The notes beneath the pieces were generated by a model. The model was not told where the DNA came from. It did not search any database and saw nothing but the letters and a program-made list of their open reading frames with translations. A program made the position numbers and the translations under genes. This document shows positions 36,987 to 50,518 of a stretch of DNA of 64,000 nt, one piece after another. The DNA comes from Podarcis erhardii (lineage: Eukaryota). How positions within the stretch are numbered: the stretch's first letter is position 1; every line of letters starts with the position of its first letter. The stretch is from NCBI GenBank assembly GCA_964252035.1, contig OZ176205.1. One strand, written 5' to 3'.

Positions 36987-39433
36987 ACTCCCTTGGCCTG
37001 AAGCAAGATGAGCACCGTACCGCCCCCCATGCTCACCTTTGACTGGTCTTAATCATCCAGGGGTCCATTACCTTTTACCTTACCTTTGCTATGGTAGTAG
37101 TTTTGTCAGTGTGAGCATTTCAACTTCCCAAAAGGAACAATTCCCCCTCTTCTACTTCCAAATGCTGATCTGGGGGACGGGGGGTGGTGGGGACAGGGGA
37201 AGCGGGATTCATTGCACTAGTGGAAGTCCTGCACAGGCTTCTGCTAGCAGGATTCATTATTTGAATCTAGCCTGATGTGAAAATATAAAACTGCCCCTTG
37301 GCTAAGCCTAAGCGATGAAGAAAAACCTGAAAGTCCATTTGCAATGGTTGAAAGACTGTAACCCTGATTGGGAAGCAACATCTTCTGGAATTGGTGGATA
37401 TATGACAAACTATAAAGAATAGTTTGTTATTATTACAATTACATTAATTTTAAAATTACTGGTTTTTGTGCTCCTTGTTCTCAGGTTCTTCATGAGACAG
37501 GTTGCCTTTCATTTTAATTTTCCAGGGACCTGTTTCTGCGTTTTTTCCCCATACACGATATTAAAACAGTAATTTGTGCACCATAAAAGTGTTTGTTGTG
37601 TGATTTATGGCAGTTCTCATGGGATTTTCTGGCTTGATGTGGCAGCTGAAACAAGCTGCAGTTTACAAGCCTGTACATGTCTAATCAGAAGTAAGCACTA
37701 CTGAGTGCAAGGGGACTTACTCCCAGGTGAAGATAGGATTGCAGCCTAGGAGTCGTTCAGCAACTGTGGCTGCAATTTTGTGGTCACCTATTGGTGCGTA
37801 AGCCCCTCGGTTTTCACAAGCTGGTGATGCGGAGGGCAAAAGGGAACCCCCAGCCACGTGGCCGCAGCCTCTGGCACCCAGCATTCAGCTGTGAATGGGA
37901 CAGGTGCAGCCAATATGCTTAGCTGTAATTAAACTTCAGCAATTGGAGTGAGTCAGCAAAAAAAGGAAAAAAAAATGTTGAAAGAAAAGCCCAGGTAGTC
38001 CCTGCTGTCTTTTGAATGCAGGAACAATGACATTTCTTTTCTGCGAGCCAAAAATCTCCGCCAGCCACAAACAGGGAGAAGAAGAAGAAAAAGTTCCCGG
38101 AGCAATTACGTTAATGACTGTGAATGAGCCCAGAAACAAGTTTGGGTGAAAATGAATGGGGAGAAAGAGGGGGAGGTAAGAATGAAATGAGCAATTCAGC
38201 GGATGCATAAAGCAGACTGCCTGGGTCCAGCAATGTCACCAGGAGCCAAGAAAACTTGCTTTGGAGAATGTCTCATCCAGCCTGTGTTTGGCAGAATTCT
38301 GTTTACACACTGGTGCATTTTGGGTCTCATCAAGCTGCCTTCATAAATGGAGCAGACAATGGCTGAATATGGCCAAGCAGGGAGGGAGTCAATTAACATG
38401 ATCCAAATTAGTTAGAGGGGCAGAGTTAATCAAGCATTCAGTGCTTTGTCATTCTTGTCTTTCTTTCATGGGAAAATCCTATTAGTAGAAAATCACTTAA
38501 TAGAGGCACTTCAAAGGGCTGACTGGGAAACATTTTTCCCTCGGATGTAAGCACCATTCAGCCGAACACTGGATTCATTTAGGCTCTTGCTGAAGCATGA
38601 GTTCCATTAAGGGTGTTCACGTTTCCTTGCTTTCAGGAAAGATGCTTGTCAGTAGAGATAACAAATTCCACCAGAGAATTGTGCCACAATCCTCGGCGTG
38701 TTTACTTGGAGGTAAGCCCCACAGAGCACAATGGGGCTGGAACACAGATAAATCTGCATAGGATTGCAGTCTTAAGAGCCCAAGCTCTGCTGTTGACAGT
38801 ATCACATTATGCATGGACTTGGCAGACTAGGTGTGAAACATTAGATTCGCTAGCAGGAAGCCTTTCTCTCCCCTTTCTCTCCCTCTTCGGAAAAAAGATA
38901 CAGGATACTCTCTTGGGCATTTCAGGTCGGGGTAGTGAAACCTTCAAAATAAAGAGGGTTTTCAGCTCGTGAAACTCATATATGGCAGGTTAAGACCCAC
39001 AGAATAGTTCCTGGCTTCCTGTGGATAGATCACACTGCTGGCAATTGACACATGATTTTAACTGGTTGAATGATATCCAGATCAAATCTGGAACCAGCTG
39101 GTAAATCCTGTCTAAAGACACAGTTTTACTGCTACTTTCCCAAGTCAATACCATTTCGTAAGGAGTGGTAATTTCCTGAGACCAGTTTCGTGAGCAGGAA
39201 GTATACATTTATCTCATCTCTGCCTCTTGGTGACTTAAGTGAGTCTCTTCACATACATGTGCTGGGATCACATCCTGTCAGCTTTGTCCTAAAGTGGGGT
39301 GGGGACAGGTGCCCCCCCCCCTAGGTCAGCAACTGCTTTCAACTCTGGCTATCAGCCATGCTGGCTGGGACTGATGGGAGTAGGAGCTGAAAAGCTGCTG
39401 GTTCCCCACCCCTGTCCTAGTTATATTTATTTT

Positions 39434-39548
39434 TAGCTCTGTTGGTAGAGCATGAGACTCTTAATCTCAGGGTTGTGGGTTTGAGCCTCACGTTGGGCAA
39501 AAGATTCCTGCATTGCAGGGAGTTGGACTAGACAACCCTCATGTTCCC
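39434..39548 (+). mobile_element. tRNA-Lys(CTT)-derived SINE with CR1-like tail
   Basis: tagctc.gttggtagagcatgagactcttaatctcagggttgtgggtttgagcctcacgttgggc then aagattcctgcattgcagggagttggactag. Confidence 0.85.
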
Positions 39549-41551
39549 ACACTACATTTCTGCAATTCCATTATCTTACTTGACTGAATTCAAAAAAACT
39601 CTTAAGTGGTTTAATTAAAATAGGTGTTGAAGGTTGACAATAAAAAAACAGGTTAGCCTATGTTTCTAAAAGATAAAATCAGCTGTTTTGAAAGATATAC
39701 ATTGTAAAATAAAACCACATATTAAAACACAGGTCAAATTTTACATGTCTGGATAGGCTTGCTTAAGCAAAAAACATTTTAGTAGGCACCGAAAACACAG
39801 TGAAGGTGCCTGCCTAATACCAAGATGCAGGGAGTTTCAAAGGGGAGGTGCTTTAGCGGTTGGGGGCATACAGGTTGGGGGCCATAGCTAAACAGACAAT
39901 TTATTCCCAGCAATGCATTCTGATCCCTGCCCTGCCAGAAGTTGAGGAAAAGCATGGGGCGGGGGCAATCCTGCCTGGAACCTTGTTATGCTGTTTTCTT
40001 GCTTGGGTACATGGAAATGTCATCTTTCAATATCTTTTACAGAAGGAGGGTAGTAGGCAGCTCGCATATAGTTGGATATATTTTGAGAGTCACAGAATCT
40101 GAGCGACTAAGTGCTCCTGTGCAAGGTTTCAGCCAGCCATATCCTGTCCCAGGCTACTTCGTTCCATTGTCTCCTAGTTTTCAACACAAACACACACACA
40201 CACCTGTATGCATTCCACGGCCACTAAGCACACCCAGTTCTCACTGGACTGTGTGTGTTTTTTTAATGTCCTCTTTCTTAGAATTCTTTTTCCTACAAAT
40301 TTGTGGGTTTTAAACTCCCACCCCCACACGTTGGTCATACTTCTGCAAATCTTGGGAATTTCCCTAAGCCTGTTGGTGCATGACCTCTTCTTGGGTGTGG
40401 ATAGGTCATTCTTCAATAATAGGATTTTAGAGACTTACAAAGCGCCATGGAACACCTATTTCTGAATGTAGACAGGGTGGCAAAATAAGAGGACAAAGAC
40501 TTTCAAAAACTTTGTGAAGGCTGCTGTGTATACTTAGATACAAATTTAGAAATAATTACTATTTAAAAAATAGAAATACAATCCATTTCATCATCACAGC
40601 TATCAAGGTGTTATCAAATTATTGGCAGGCACCTCCACCTCCCCCGTTCTCCTTTTTTATGGTTCTTAAGTGCAGGTAGAGGACTGTAAAATGTAAATGT
40701 AAAAGACCCCACTCTGTTAATAATCTGTTTTTTAACTGAACAATTATTTCAATGTATTGCACAATTACACACTTCCAGGGCTATACTGTAGTTCCTTTAC
40801 ATAGCAGCCTGTAGGAATTGTGAAGTATAGTTTCAAAATCTTTTTTTAAAAATGTATTTTATATACCTCTTCAATCAGTTGCTACAGTACAGCCTGGCCT
40901 CATTCATCAGGTGGTTCTAGGAATGACTTGGTTTTCTTTTAGGTTTGCTCTTTAATTTCAGGTAGTACTGAATAAAATCAAGTGTACTCTTATTCCCCAG
41001 TGGTAAATGTGGAAAAGGAGAAGTTTCTGCCTGTTTACAAGCAACTCCTTCTAACCTTGTAACTCCATTCTCGATTCCCAGTAAGCTGTAGTTACTCTTT
41101 GTGGTTACAGAATTGTTGACAGAAGCATTTTTAACTATAACTATGTTTATATATATCACACACACAGTCACATGTTAAATCAGAACTGGAGTCTGATTTT
41201 AATGTGATGCTTGACTTGTGAGAAAAACATATCCATGCAGTTTCTTATGGTGCTTATTTCTGGTTTAAACTGGCTTCCTTTGCCTACATGGGCAGGATTG
41301 GAATACTAGTGATCCGTAGCCCAGGAGGACTGAATGCTTGCAAAGTCTGTACACACAGTGGTGCTGGGACCACTGCTTTACGTATGAAGAAGGCCTTGTG
41401 GAGCACCATCCAGTTAAGCTTTTGATTCTTGGCTGATGCCACACATTTCTGCCCAGGGATAAAAGAACCTGAGGAAGTTCTACTTGAGGAAGTTCTACTT
41501 GAGTTTTCCCTTTTTGTTCTTGTTGGCATCCATCTGTCTCAAGAGACAATG

Positions 41552-41553
<2 letters not shown>

Positions 41554-41588
<35 letters not shown>
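41554..41588. repeat. (GT)n microsatellite; others at about 30603, 36575, 47246, 55694, 55882, 57310
   Basis: Direct reading. Confidence 0.95.
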
Positions 41589-41590
<2 letters not shown>

Positions 41591-41800
41591 GTCAAACCAC
41601 TGAAGACTCACAGTGCCTGCTGTGGCTGCAGAGACAGTAACTGCTGCCTCCTGTGTTGTTTTTACTGCCTTGACAGCACCAAAGTGACCACTCTGGGGCA
41701 CAAGCCTGGGCAGTGTGTATGGAGGTCCTAGTATTTGTCGATTTGGTCCAAAGGAAAGCAGAGCAATGCATTTGGCACCAGCTGGGCTGCATGAGTTGCC

Positions 41801-42075
41801 AGAAGAAGAAGAAGAAGAAGAAGAAGAAGAAGAAGAAGGGGAATTTGGATTTGATATCCCACTTTATCACTACCCGAAGGAGTCTCAAAGTGACTAACAT
41901 TCTCCTTTCCCTTCCTCCCCGACAACAAATACTCAGGGACGTGAGTGGGGCTGAGAGACTTCAAAGAAGTATGACTAGCCCAAGGTCACCTAGCAGCTGC
42001 ATGTGGAGGAGCAGAGACGCAAACCCGGTTCACCAGATTACGAATCTACTGCTCTTAACCACTACACCACACTGG
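41801..42075 (-). mobile_element. Squam3/MIR-like CORE SINE with (CTT)n tail
   Basis: Head ccagtgtggtgtagtggttaagagc, core gtgaccttgggctagtca, (GAA)n run 41801-41838 as tail. Confidence 0.8.
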
Positions 42076-42986
42076 AGGCGTACAAGGCACCATCCAACCG
42101 TCTTAAGAACTCTACTCTGGATATGTGTAGGGTTTACTCCTGAACCTTTTCTGCTCCCAAAGATGTCCTGCAAGGCGGTGGGGACAGATTTTCCCTCAGT
42201 CTTTCCTTTACCACATAGTTATTAAGTAGATGCAAGTCAGCAGTGGCTTAGTGGCAAGTTCTGAATTTGAAGGAAAGGCCACAGCCCCTCCCGTGAAGGG
42301 AAATCCAAACATGAAGGCAGGTGTTTTGACTGCACGTATCGCAGGGCCAGCCCATGAGATTTTGCTGCCTGATATGAAGGACAAGATGGCGCCCCCTCCC
42401 ATTTCAGAAAAGAAGCATTTGGTCCCCACTTGATTGCTTTCCTCATTCTCTTGAATTCCTTTATGTCACACAATCTATCACAAACACACCTGAAAACCTC
42501 ATTATCATCTCATTCACTTTTGCCACAGCAAAAGCAAGTGAATGAGGCAGGCCTGGTCCTCTGCAAAATAATATCATAACCCCTGCCCTGGGGAGGGCAA
42601 GTCCCGAAGTTGCACTTCCCAAACCTCCAATTTCTGCTCCACTACACCACTATAAGTCATGGCAGCTTTCGAAAGCGCAACCATTCCAGGGGTGGAATGT
42701 CCTGTTTAGCTGTGCTGCTCTGCTGCCAATACCTCCTTTACCTAGGTTGTGCGGCAGCACCTGCAAGGTAGGAGCAGCAGCAGTGGTTTCGAACAATGTT
42801 GTAAAATCTTGCCCGAAACCACTGCTGGTGCTGATTCTCTGCCAGTGATGAAGGTGGTGGGGCAGATGGGGCTCCTATGTGGGCACCACCTCTTGAGCTT
42901 CCACCACCTGAGGCAGCTACTTCACCCCACCTCATGGGCCCTGAACCATCCTGATGTATTGCCTCTTCCATCTGTGGCTGTTAATA

Positions 42987-43217
42987 CAGTGGTACCTTGG
43001 GTTAAGAACTGAATTTGTTCTGGAGGTCCGTTCTTAACCTGAAACTGTTCTTTACCTGAGGTACCACTTTAGCTAATGGGGCCTCCTGCTGCCACCGCGC
43101 GATTTCTGTTCTTATCCTGAAGCAAAGTTCTTAACCCGAGGTACTATTTCTGGGTTAGCGGAGTCTGTAACCTGAAGTGTCTGTAACCTGAAGTGTCTGT
43201 AACCTGAGGTACCACTG
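42987..43217. mobile_element. Tc1/mariner (Tigger-like) MITE
   Basis: TIRs cagtggtacc / ggtaccactg, TA flanks. Confidence 0.9.
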
Positions 43218-43550
43218 TACTTGCTTGCCTTGTTGAAGGGGATCCTGCCTATGAAGGCTGTGCAGGCTCTGAAATCACACACGACCAAGTGCCACATAGA
43301 ATACAGTGGGCAACCAGATTTCACCTTGGACTGACAACAATTCTTAGTCTTGATGCTTCCCAGAGGCACCTCGCTGATTGAAAAACAGGATGCTGGACTC
43401 AGTGGATCCAGCAGGACTCTTACTAAAAATTCATCCAAAGCTTCCCTCAGTCCCAATACATCCTGTTTGGTCTAAAAACATGCAGCTTTGTTGGTTTTTT
43501 TATTATTTTAAAAATGACCCAAAACTTTAGAAGAAACCAAGGGGCAAAAG

Positions 43551-43570
43551 GAATATGTTCAGACATGTTT
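43551..43570. promoter_or_regulatory. Candidate far-upstream p53 response element
   Basis: GAATATGTTC AGACATGTTT, zero spacer, one mismatch (in core C). Confidence 0.35.
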
Positions 43571-44656
43571 GACTGAATCCTCCTCTCCCAGTGAATCTTC
43601 TTTTCCTCTGGTGCAGAACCACCCTCCAGGACTGTCTTCTTGCTGAGCTGAGGATTACTCATCTTATACACAGTCACTGTAATGAAAAACAAAAAAAACA
43701 GGCATGGCAAGTGGGGTTCCAGGTTGACTGGTTTGCCAGCTGATCTCCACCTTCATCACAGGAGGAGTGTCTGCATGAAAGATGAGCAATTAGTACCCAG
43801 AATTGGCCTTCATATTCAGGCAGGCATTTGACATTTGTTGCTACTCACTTGTTTCCTTGGATTGTGGTTTATTGACTTCTCTGAATGGTTCACTTTGTGG
43901 TGTTGTTGCTTTTCTTGGACTTTGCATCCCACTTTGAGCTAGGCTGCCCTGATGGGGGAGGACAAGGCTCCTGCAGTTTTAATGGTTGTATAGAAGAGGG
44001 AATTTCAGCAGCTAAACTATGCTTCTTCTACACAACAGTTAAAGCTCCAGAGGCCTTCTTTCCCATCGTCATATGGCCACCCTACTCCAAGTGTGCATTT
44101 GGATGGAAAGATAGACAGTAAACCTAACACACAGTTGAGGAAAAAAATCAGTTGTTTAAGTCAGGTATCAGTTACTTGGTTCTTTCACTGATAGAGTTCA
44201 GAGTGAGCACAGTATTGACAATGGCACAGTCTGGTCATTTTAAACAACAACTCAAAGTGTAATGAAATGAAAACAAGACACAGAGCCAAAATCAGTTTTG
44301 GCTCAGTTGCTTCCATTCAGGTATGCATTGTATTATCGTATATTGTAGACACATTTTGTGACATATATACTTACAGTACTAAAAGCATAATGTGACATCA
44401 TCTTGAAGAGAGCTTAGGATCTTAAGTCCCTTGCTTTTAGCCTCAGCAGAATTGCGTCAGCAAGTAGGGCTACACCGCCATAACAAATGCGCTGGTGTAA
44501 CCCTGTAGTATGCCAGCATGAAGTCCTTCATCTTTAAGATCTCCAAGGCTCCTGGCATTAGCTGAAACCAAAGCATAGGATTGAACTGAAACTAAAGCCT
44601 AAGACTGAGCTGTAAGTGTGGTCCTGAAAGTTCACGAGCCAGAGATCTCTCTAGGC

Positions 44657-44790
44657 CAGGGAGAGCAAATCCATGACCCTCCCAGATGTTGTTGAACTCC
44701 AACTCCCATCAGCCCCAGCCAGCATGGCCAATAGACAGATAATGGCAGCTGTAGTCTAGCAACATGGAGGCTACAGTTTCCCTCTCCCTG
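44657..44790. mobile_element. hAT-family MITE
   Basis: caggga...tccctg termini; near-identical 8-bp flanks ctctaggc / ctctatgc. Confidence 0.75.
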
Positions 44791-45442
44791 CTCTATGCAT
44801 GAGGCAAGCCAAGCCTTTTTAACAACCTGGTCAAGGGTGGAGAGCTGTTGTGTAAGGTCTACTTCCGATCGCTAAAAAAGATTTGCAAAGTATCTGGCAG
44901 AATGAATCCACAAAGCCTTTTTCTGCCTCTGTCTCTTTGAGGTTGCTATGTTCCCTCTGAGATGTTGGAATGTCCGTTTAATCTAACCTTGCATAAGGGC
45001 TTGACTGCAGATCTCCACATCCGATCTGTTCTTGCAGAAGGCTGCCTTTTAAATCCCATGCTAATCTCTCCAGTGAGTAAATTTACACAAGCCTAATCAA
45101 ACAAATAATCTGAAGTCGAGAAGAACCAAACTTTATGGACTGAAATTTTATGGACTGTCGTCACACAAATGCTGTTACTGGCTTCTGTGGTGGCCAGGAC
45201 TGAAATATGACATTTAGGATTTTTCTTTTCTTTTCCTCCTTACTAATATTGGGAGTTTAATATTTGGTTATCTAAGGCAGGGGACCAGCTGAGACATTTT
45301 ACTGCCTATGGTAGAGTAGCAAATGTCCTCCCTTGCCAAATTAAGGGGTAAAGTCATAGTACTGTTAAACTTATTTTGGCACCTGCAAGGCATAATCCCA
45401 CAATTACTTACCCCACCCTGCTCACAAACCCTCCAAGTGTCC

Positions 45443-45810
45443 CTATTTTCCAGGGACGTCCTTGATTTAGAGAAGCCATCCCAGTTTCTAATTTGATCCC
45501 GGAATGTCCTGCTTTTCCTTAGGATGTCCCTATTGGAGAAATGTTGGAGGGTATGGAGTTATCCAACCCTTGAGCCGTCTGAAGGCAGTCCTGTATAGGG
45601 AAGGTGTTTTTTTTATTTTAAAAAAAAAGTTGAATGACCCCGTGACGGAAACCAGAGCACAAGGAAACACCGTTTACCTTTCCGCCACAGCAGTACTGTA
45701 ACTATTTATCTACTTGCACTGGCGTGCTTTTGAACTGCTATGTTGGCAGGAGCTGGGACAGAACAATGGGAGTTCACCTCATCCTGGGGATTTGAACCGC
45801 CGACCCAAGA
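45443..45810. mobile_element. Composite: DNA-transposon-like fragment plus minus-strand Sauria SINE fragment (about 45650-45805)
   Basis: SINE part matches 33990-34150. Confidence 0.65.
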
Positions 45811-46756
45811 AGCTCAGAGGTTTATGCAATGCTATCCTAGGACTTCCCCATCTTGGGGAAATGGATATAAAGACACTCTTTTGCATTGTCATCATGGTAG
45901 ATTATTTGTATGCCATTTTTCCATGACAACATTGCTCAAAACAGTTTACAACTTCCAAAATTTCACTCTTATAATTCACCAATTATAACAGAGTTTAAAT
46001 AGTCATAGAACAGGCGAATGGCAACACTGCATATTAATAGCCAATAAAATTAATCAATCACCAGATAACTCATAACAGTCCAACAAGAAAAATACAAAAA
46101 TGCTCACAGTGAGACCTTTATGACTGGGACATGGCAAACAGGGTCTAAAAACATGGAAGTGAACTGTTTGAATAGTATGAAAGGCTCCCAAACTACCAGA
46201 CACTTAGTTATGCAGCTGCTTGTGACCTGGCAGAGCTACAAACAATCCATGCTGCCCACAACATGTGAAAGCGAAGACAAAAAGAAGGCCTTGGTGCTGC
46301 CCTAAATAGGCAAAGAACTCCAGGATGAGGAAAGGATAACTTCTCAACACCTTATAACAATAAACCCATCCTGCAATTTGTAGTGACTTTTTTTGCTGTC
46401 TAGTAGATAGGCTTAGCATGCCTCTTACATGTAACAATGCCTCTTTTGTATTCAGATTAAATTCTCAGCAGGGAGGAGAAAGTGACTGGGAATACACAAG
46501 TGTCTCTCCCCCCCCCCCAAAAAAAACCCCAGCTCATTTATAGCCCAACAAGTAATTGACTAGGAAATGGCCCTGGGCTCTAAGCTAGAGGAAATATGCC
46601 TTGATTCCTTATCTGTGAGCAACAGGCCTTTTCTACCTCTGAATGTACATTTTAAGATTGCTTTAACAGGGACAAGTAGACAATACACACAGCAGACAAG
46701 GGCTTCTTTTCACCACAGGGCGATATATCTGCTTTCAAATGCTGAACCTCCAGAGG

Positions 46757-47190
46757 TGTTTAAGATTGTTCAAGGTGTGGAGAAAATGGGTAGAGAGGAG
46801 TTTCCCTCCCTCTCCCATAACAAAAGAGCTTGCAGACATTCAAGGAAGCTGAATGCTGCAAGATTTCAGGACAGACAAAAGAAAGGACTTATTCACACAG
46901 CCCATAATTAAAGGATGGAATTTGCTCCCACAAGATGTAGTGAGGGCCACCAATCTGGACAGCATTAAAGAAGGATTAGACAAATTGATTGAAGATAATA
47001 AATCTATCCATGGCCCACAAGCCACTAATGCTACATTCTGCCTCCAGTGTTGGAGGCAATATGCCTCTAGACATTGGTTGCCTGGAATCACAAATGGGAT
47101 GAATTGCTGTGCAGAGCCAGCCCTACCATCAGGTGGCACAAGGCAACTGCCTCAGGAAGCAGACACTGGAGGGCAGTCATTCCTCTTGGT
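46757..47190 (+). mobile_element. CR1 LINE ORF2 3' end
   Basis: EVFKIVQGVEK...FRTDKRKDLFTQPIIKGWNLLPQDVVRATNLDSIKEGLDK is a typical CR1 C-terminus; frameshifted. Confidence 0.9.
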
Positions 47191-49297
47191 TGGAGATTCA
47201 ATAGCTAGGCTAGTTGGCATCTATATGTGGAATTGGGGGGGGGGGGACACACACACACACACACGACATCTTGTCCTTTGGCCGGCCTTATTTGAGTGAC
47301 TGTCAGGCATAACTCTGAAGCTGGATAGAAAGAGGTATCTGGCTGGTCCCACTGTGAGAGCTTCTCCTTTCTTGAATTATTTGCCTGCCTTCAAATGCCT
47401 TGTGTTTCCATACATGCACACATAATTTTATTTGTATGCTATGCCAAGGCAGATTACAACCTGAAAAACCAAGCATAACATAACAGCAACATAACAAAAG
47501 GAGTCACAAACAATAAATAAAACATTTAAAAGTACTGAACTATTTCCACAATATTTAAGATATTTATATATTTAAAATAAAGAAACAATATTTAATATTT
47601 AAAATAATATTTAAAATAAAGAAACAAAGGGGAAGAAAAATTAAAAATAGCAACAACAAAAGACCCCAGCCAAAAAGACTTCAGCAACCTCAGCTTCTGC
47701 ATCTGGAGTCAGTCAGGGTCCTGTCCTTCAAGGCAGGGTGGAAAAAGGCTTGCAGGGCAGGGAGCAGGTCTTCACAGACAAGAGGAGTGAGGGCCTGCCT
47801 CTCAGTTTAAGAACCACAGCTCTAGAGATAAAGTCACCATGGAGCAGCTGGGAGTAAGAGGATATGTGAGCAGTGGGTAGATCTGGCTCAGATGGCCTAG
47901 TTTTTCAAAGCAGCACATCTCCCACATTCTAGTACACAATGTGTCCTAGGCATGTGATAATATTATTTTCTTAAAAATAAAAACAGGACAGCACCTGCTA
48001 TTGTTCTGCACGTAAGAGTTTTGACTTTGTTGGTAGCATTCAAATGGTGTGAAATAATAATAATAATAATAATACCAACAATATCCCTTGTTGCTAGCTT
48101 GTAGTAGCAAGAGTTTCTGGCATGAAATTAACACTTTCCCATGCCCTCTACTCTAATTTATTTTAAAGCGTAATTTCTCTGCTCTGTTTAGCAGAGGGAG
48201 AGGGCACTGACTGGGCACAATAAGGGAACTCTATTCCACAGGGCCCTGTGCCAAGGGGAGGTCCTACGGCAGCAGCACCAAAAAGGAGCCAGTCACGGGT
48301 TTGAGCAGTTATTAAATGCAAAGGATGCAGAGATTTAATTGGTCTTAAAGCCTCTTTCTTTGTACCCATGCAATCTATGCATGTTACGATGCTGGGTTTG
48401 GAATTTTAACTTGCCCATTAAAAACTGACTGAGTCAAATCAAAAACTTAAATGCAAGGGAGAAATAATGGGGACACTTCACAGGCATGAAATGTTCTAAG
48501 GAGAATAGTTCCTGCTAGGTTTTATTCCACAGCATGTAGTATCTATAGGCGGGGTTCAATCTCGCACTATGACGAACGTTTTGTCTGCATGAGCATTTCA
48601 ACTTGCCAGATGGAAAATCCCCCTCCCCTCCCCTCCACCCCCACATCCCACCCGCCACATCCTGTTCTCGGGATTCACCTAACACATCCATCCCCATTCA
48701 TGGGGAGGGGGGTTAGACATGAAGGGGGAAGAAAGGGGGGAAAGCATTGCTGTCCAAGTGGAAGTGCTTGCCCAGGACTTCCACTGATGGGTCTTGTTAG
48801 CTGCATCCTGCCGTAATTGTTCTAAGATGGTAATAGCCAACTTCAATCTGACCACAAGTCTCTCTTCATCTACACAGCCTGGACGTTAACAGAATTAGCA
48901 CCTGGCCAAACCCTTGTGCCTCAAGAAAAGCTGCACAGCAGGCAGAAATGCCACATCTTAATGGAATTGCAATGATAGAGGATACTGCATCTGTTGGATT
49001 TCTACCTGTCACCCAGCTGTTAAACACACAGGGGCTGTGCCGCCAACAAATGTGAGAATGGCAGTAGCCGTCCCATCCACCCACAAATAAGTGCACACAG
49101 GCTCAGGTATGGTAAATCGAACCCTTAATGTGCAGCCCTAATTTCAGCTGATGAGCACAAAGGTGCCACAATCAATGCAACTCCAGTCTAGCATCTTATC
49201 TGGATGCTGTGAACATAGCAGCATATTCTACTTTTCAAACAAGGACTGTTACTAACTCAGAAGAAGGCCACTTCATCAGGATGCAGCCTCCTTAGTA

Positions 49298-49317
49298 TAA
49301 CATGCCCAAACATGTTC
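49298..49317. promoter_or_regulatory. p53 response element, probable orthologue of the distal CDKN1A site
   Basis: TAACATGCCC AAACATGTTC: 19/20 to RRRCWWGYYY x2, both cores CATG, zero spacer. Confidence 0.8.
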
Positions 49318-50518
49318 CTCGTTAGAGCACTTCGCTCTGAAAGCTGCTTATCCAGGCACTTTTACTATGAAGGCTCACTTCTTATCCCTGGAAGCCAATT
49401 TTCAAAATCTGGCTACCAGCTGATTTAATTGATTTTCTTTGTATTCTGAAATAGAAGATAATGGGGTTCTTTAGCCATGAACCAATGTTGCCTTAGATAT
49501 GGAAAAAGCAGTCTAGATAATAGTTCTGCTGCTTACCTCATCCCAATCCACAGTGGAGAATAGAGTCCTGCGCAGTTAGAAATTCTGCCCCCACTCCAAT
49601 GCTGTCTTTAAAAAAATAATAACCCAGAGGCTGCTAGACAAAAAGTATTTAGTGTGACCTTGTGCCATACTTTGCAGAAGGCTGTCTTCTGTTTGAAGGC
49701 ATCCTCTGTTTGAAGGGCTGCCTGACCAAGTCTATTTTAAAGATAAAGAGCAGTTAATAAGGGTCAGCAACGATGATGTTTGTTAGCAGCTGGACAGCAG
49801 ACTGAGCAGTCACACAGGTCAACACTATGGTGAGATGCATTTCTATTTAAATTACAGTAATTCTTTCTAAAATTGCATCTCTTCATAGAAATTAGCATAT
49901 ACACTTTATGCAAACCTCTGTCCCCCCAACCCCTTTTTTTCCCTTTTTTGGCCACTCTGGAAATGATACAATTAACCGTGACTGGGTTTTCTCAGTGAGG
50001 TGAGGGCCTAGCTGCACGGCATGCAGATTTTCAATAAGTGTCTTTTCTACTAGTGCATAGTAGCAGCGAGGAAAGCTCTGCCTGGTAGATTTCAGCCTGT
50101 TACACAGCTTATAAAGGTGCAGAAGCCCAGCTCCAAAAGGTGGCAACCTACTAAGTAGACAGCTAAGACTTTTGAAGCAGGTGGCTAACAATGTTGCCTA
50201 GCAATGCCCTGCCATGTTAAATATTGATATATGGAGGGGGGGCAGATGCATGGTTCCCTTTGTTAAAGGTCCTGATTTGGCTCCAGACAGGTTGGTAGCA
50301 ACCTTAGAGTTGTAGCTCAACAGCCCTGAAGTGGAGCATCTTCACATGTCACTGAAAGTTCATATGACCAAGGTGTAATTTGTGAATGATTATCTCAATA
50401 CTTTATTATGAAGTTAAAAGAACAGTCCAGTAAGAATAATGAAATAAAATAAACAAAAAGAAGAGAACAAAACAGTACCTTACAAAAAGAATCAAGGGTC
50501 ACAGCCTTGTATCAAATA

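Noticed and set aside
39434-39498. Functional tRNA-Lys(CTT) gene
   Set aside because: 5' acceptor strand missing, T-loop mutated (GGTTTGA), fused to a CR1-like tail: a SINE
41470-41503. 15-bp tandem duplication; also a 20-bp one at 58959-58998
   Set aside because: Ordinary slippage duplications with no functional context
42595-42604. Isolated perfect p53 half-sites (also 50974, 51923, 56732, 59863)
   Set aside because: No acceptable adjacent half-site; single decamers are expected by chance
46853-47299. 148-aa ORF
   Set aside because: Frameshifted CR1 ORF2 remnant, not a host gene
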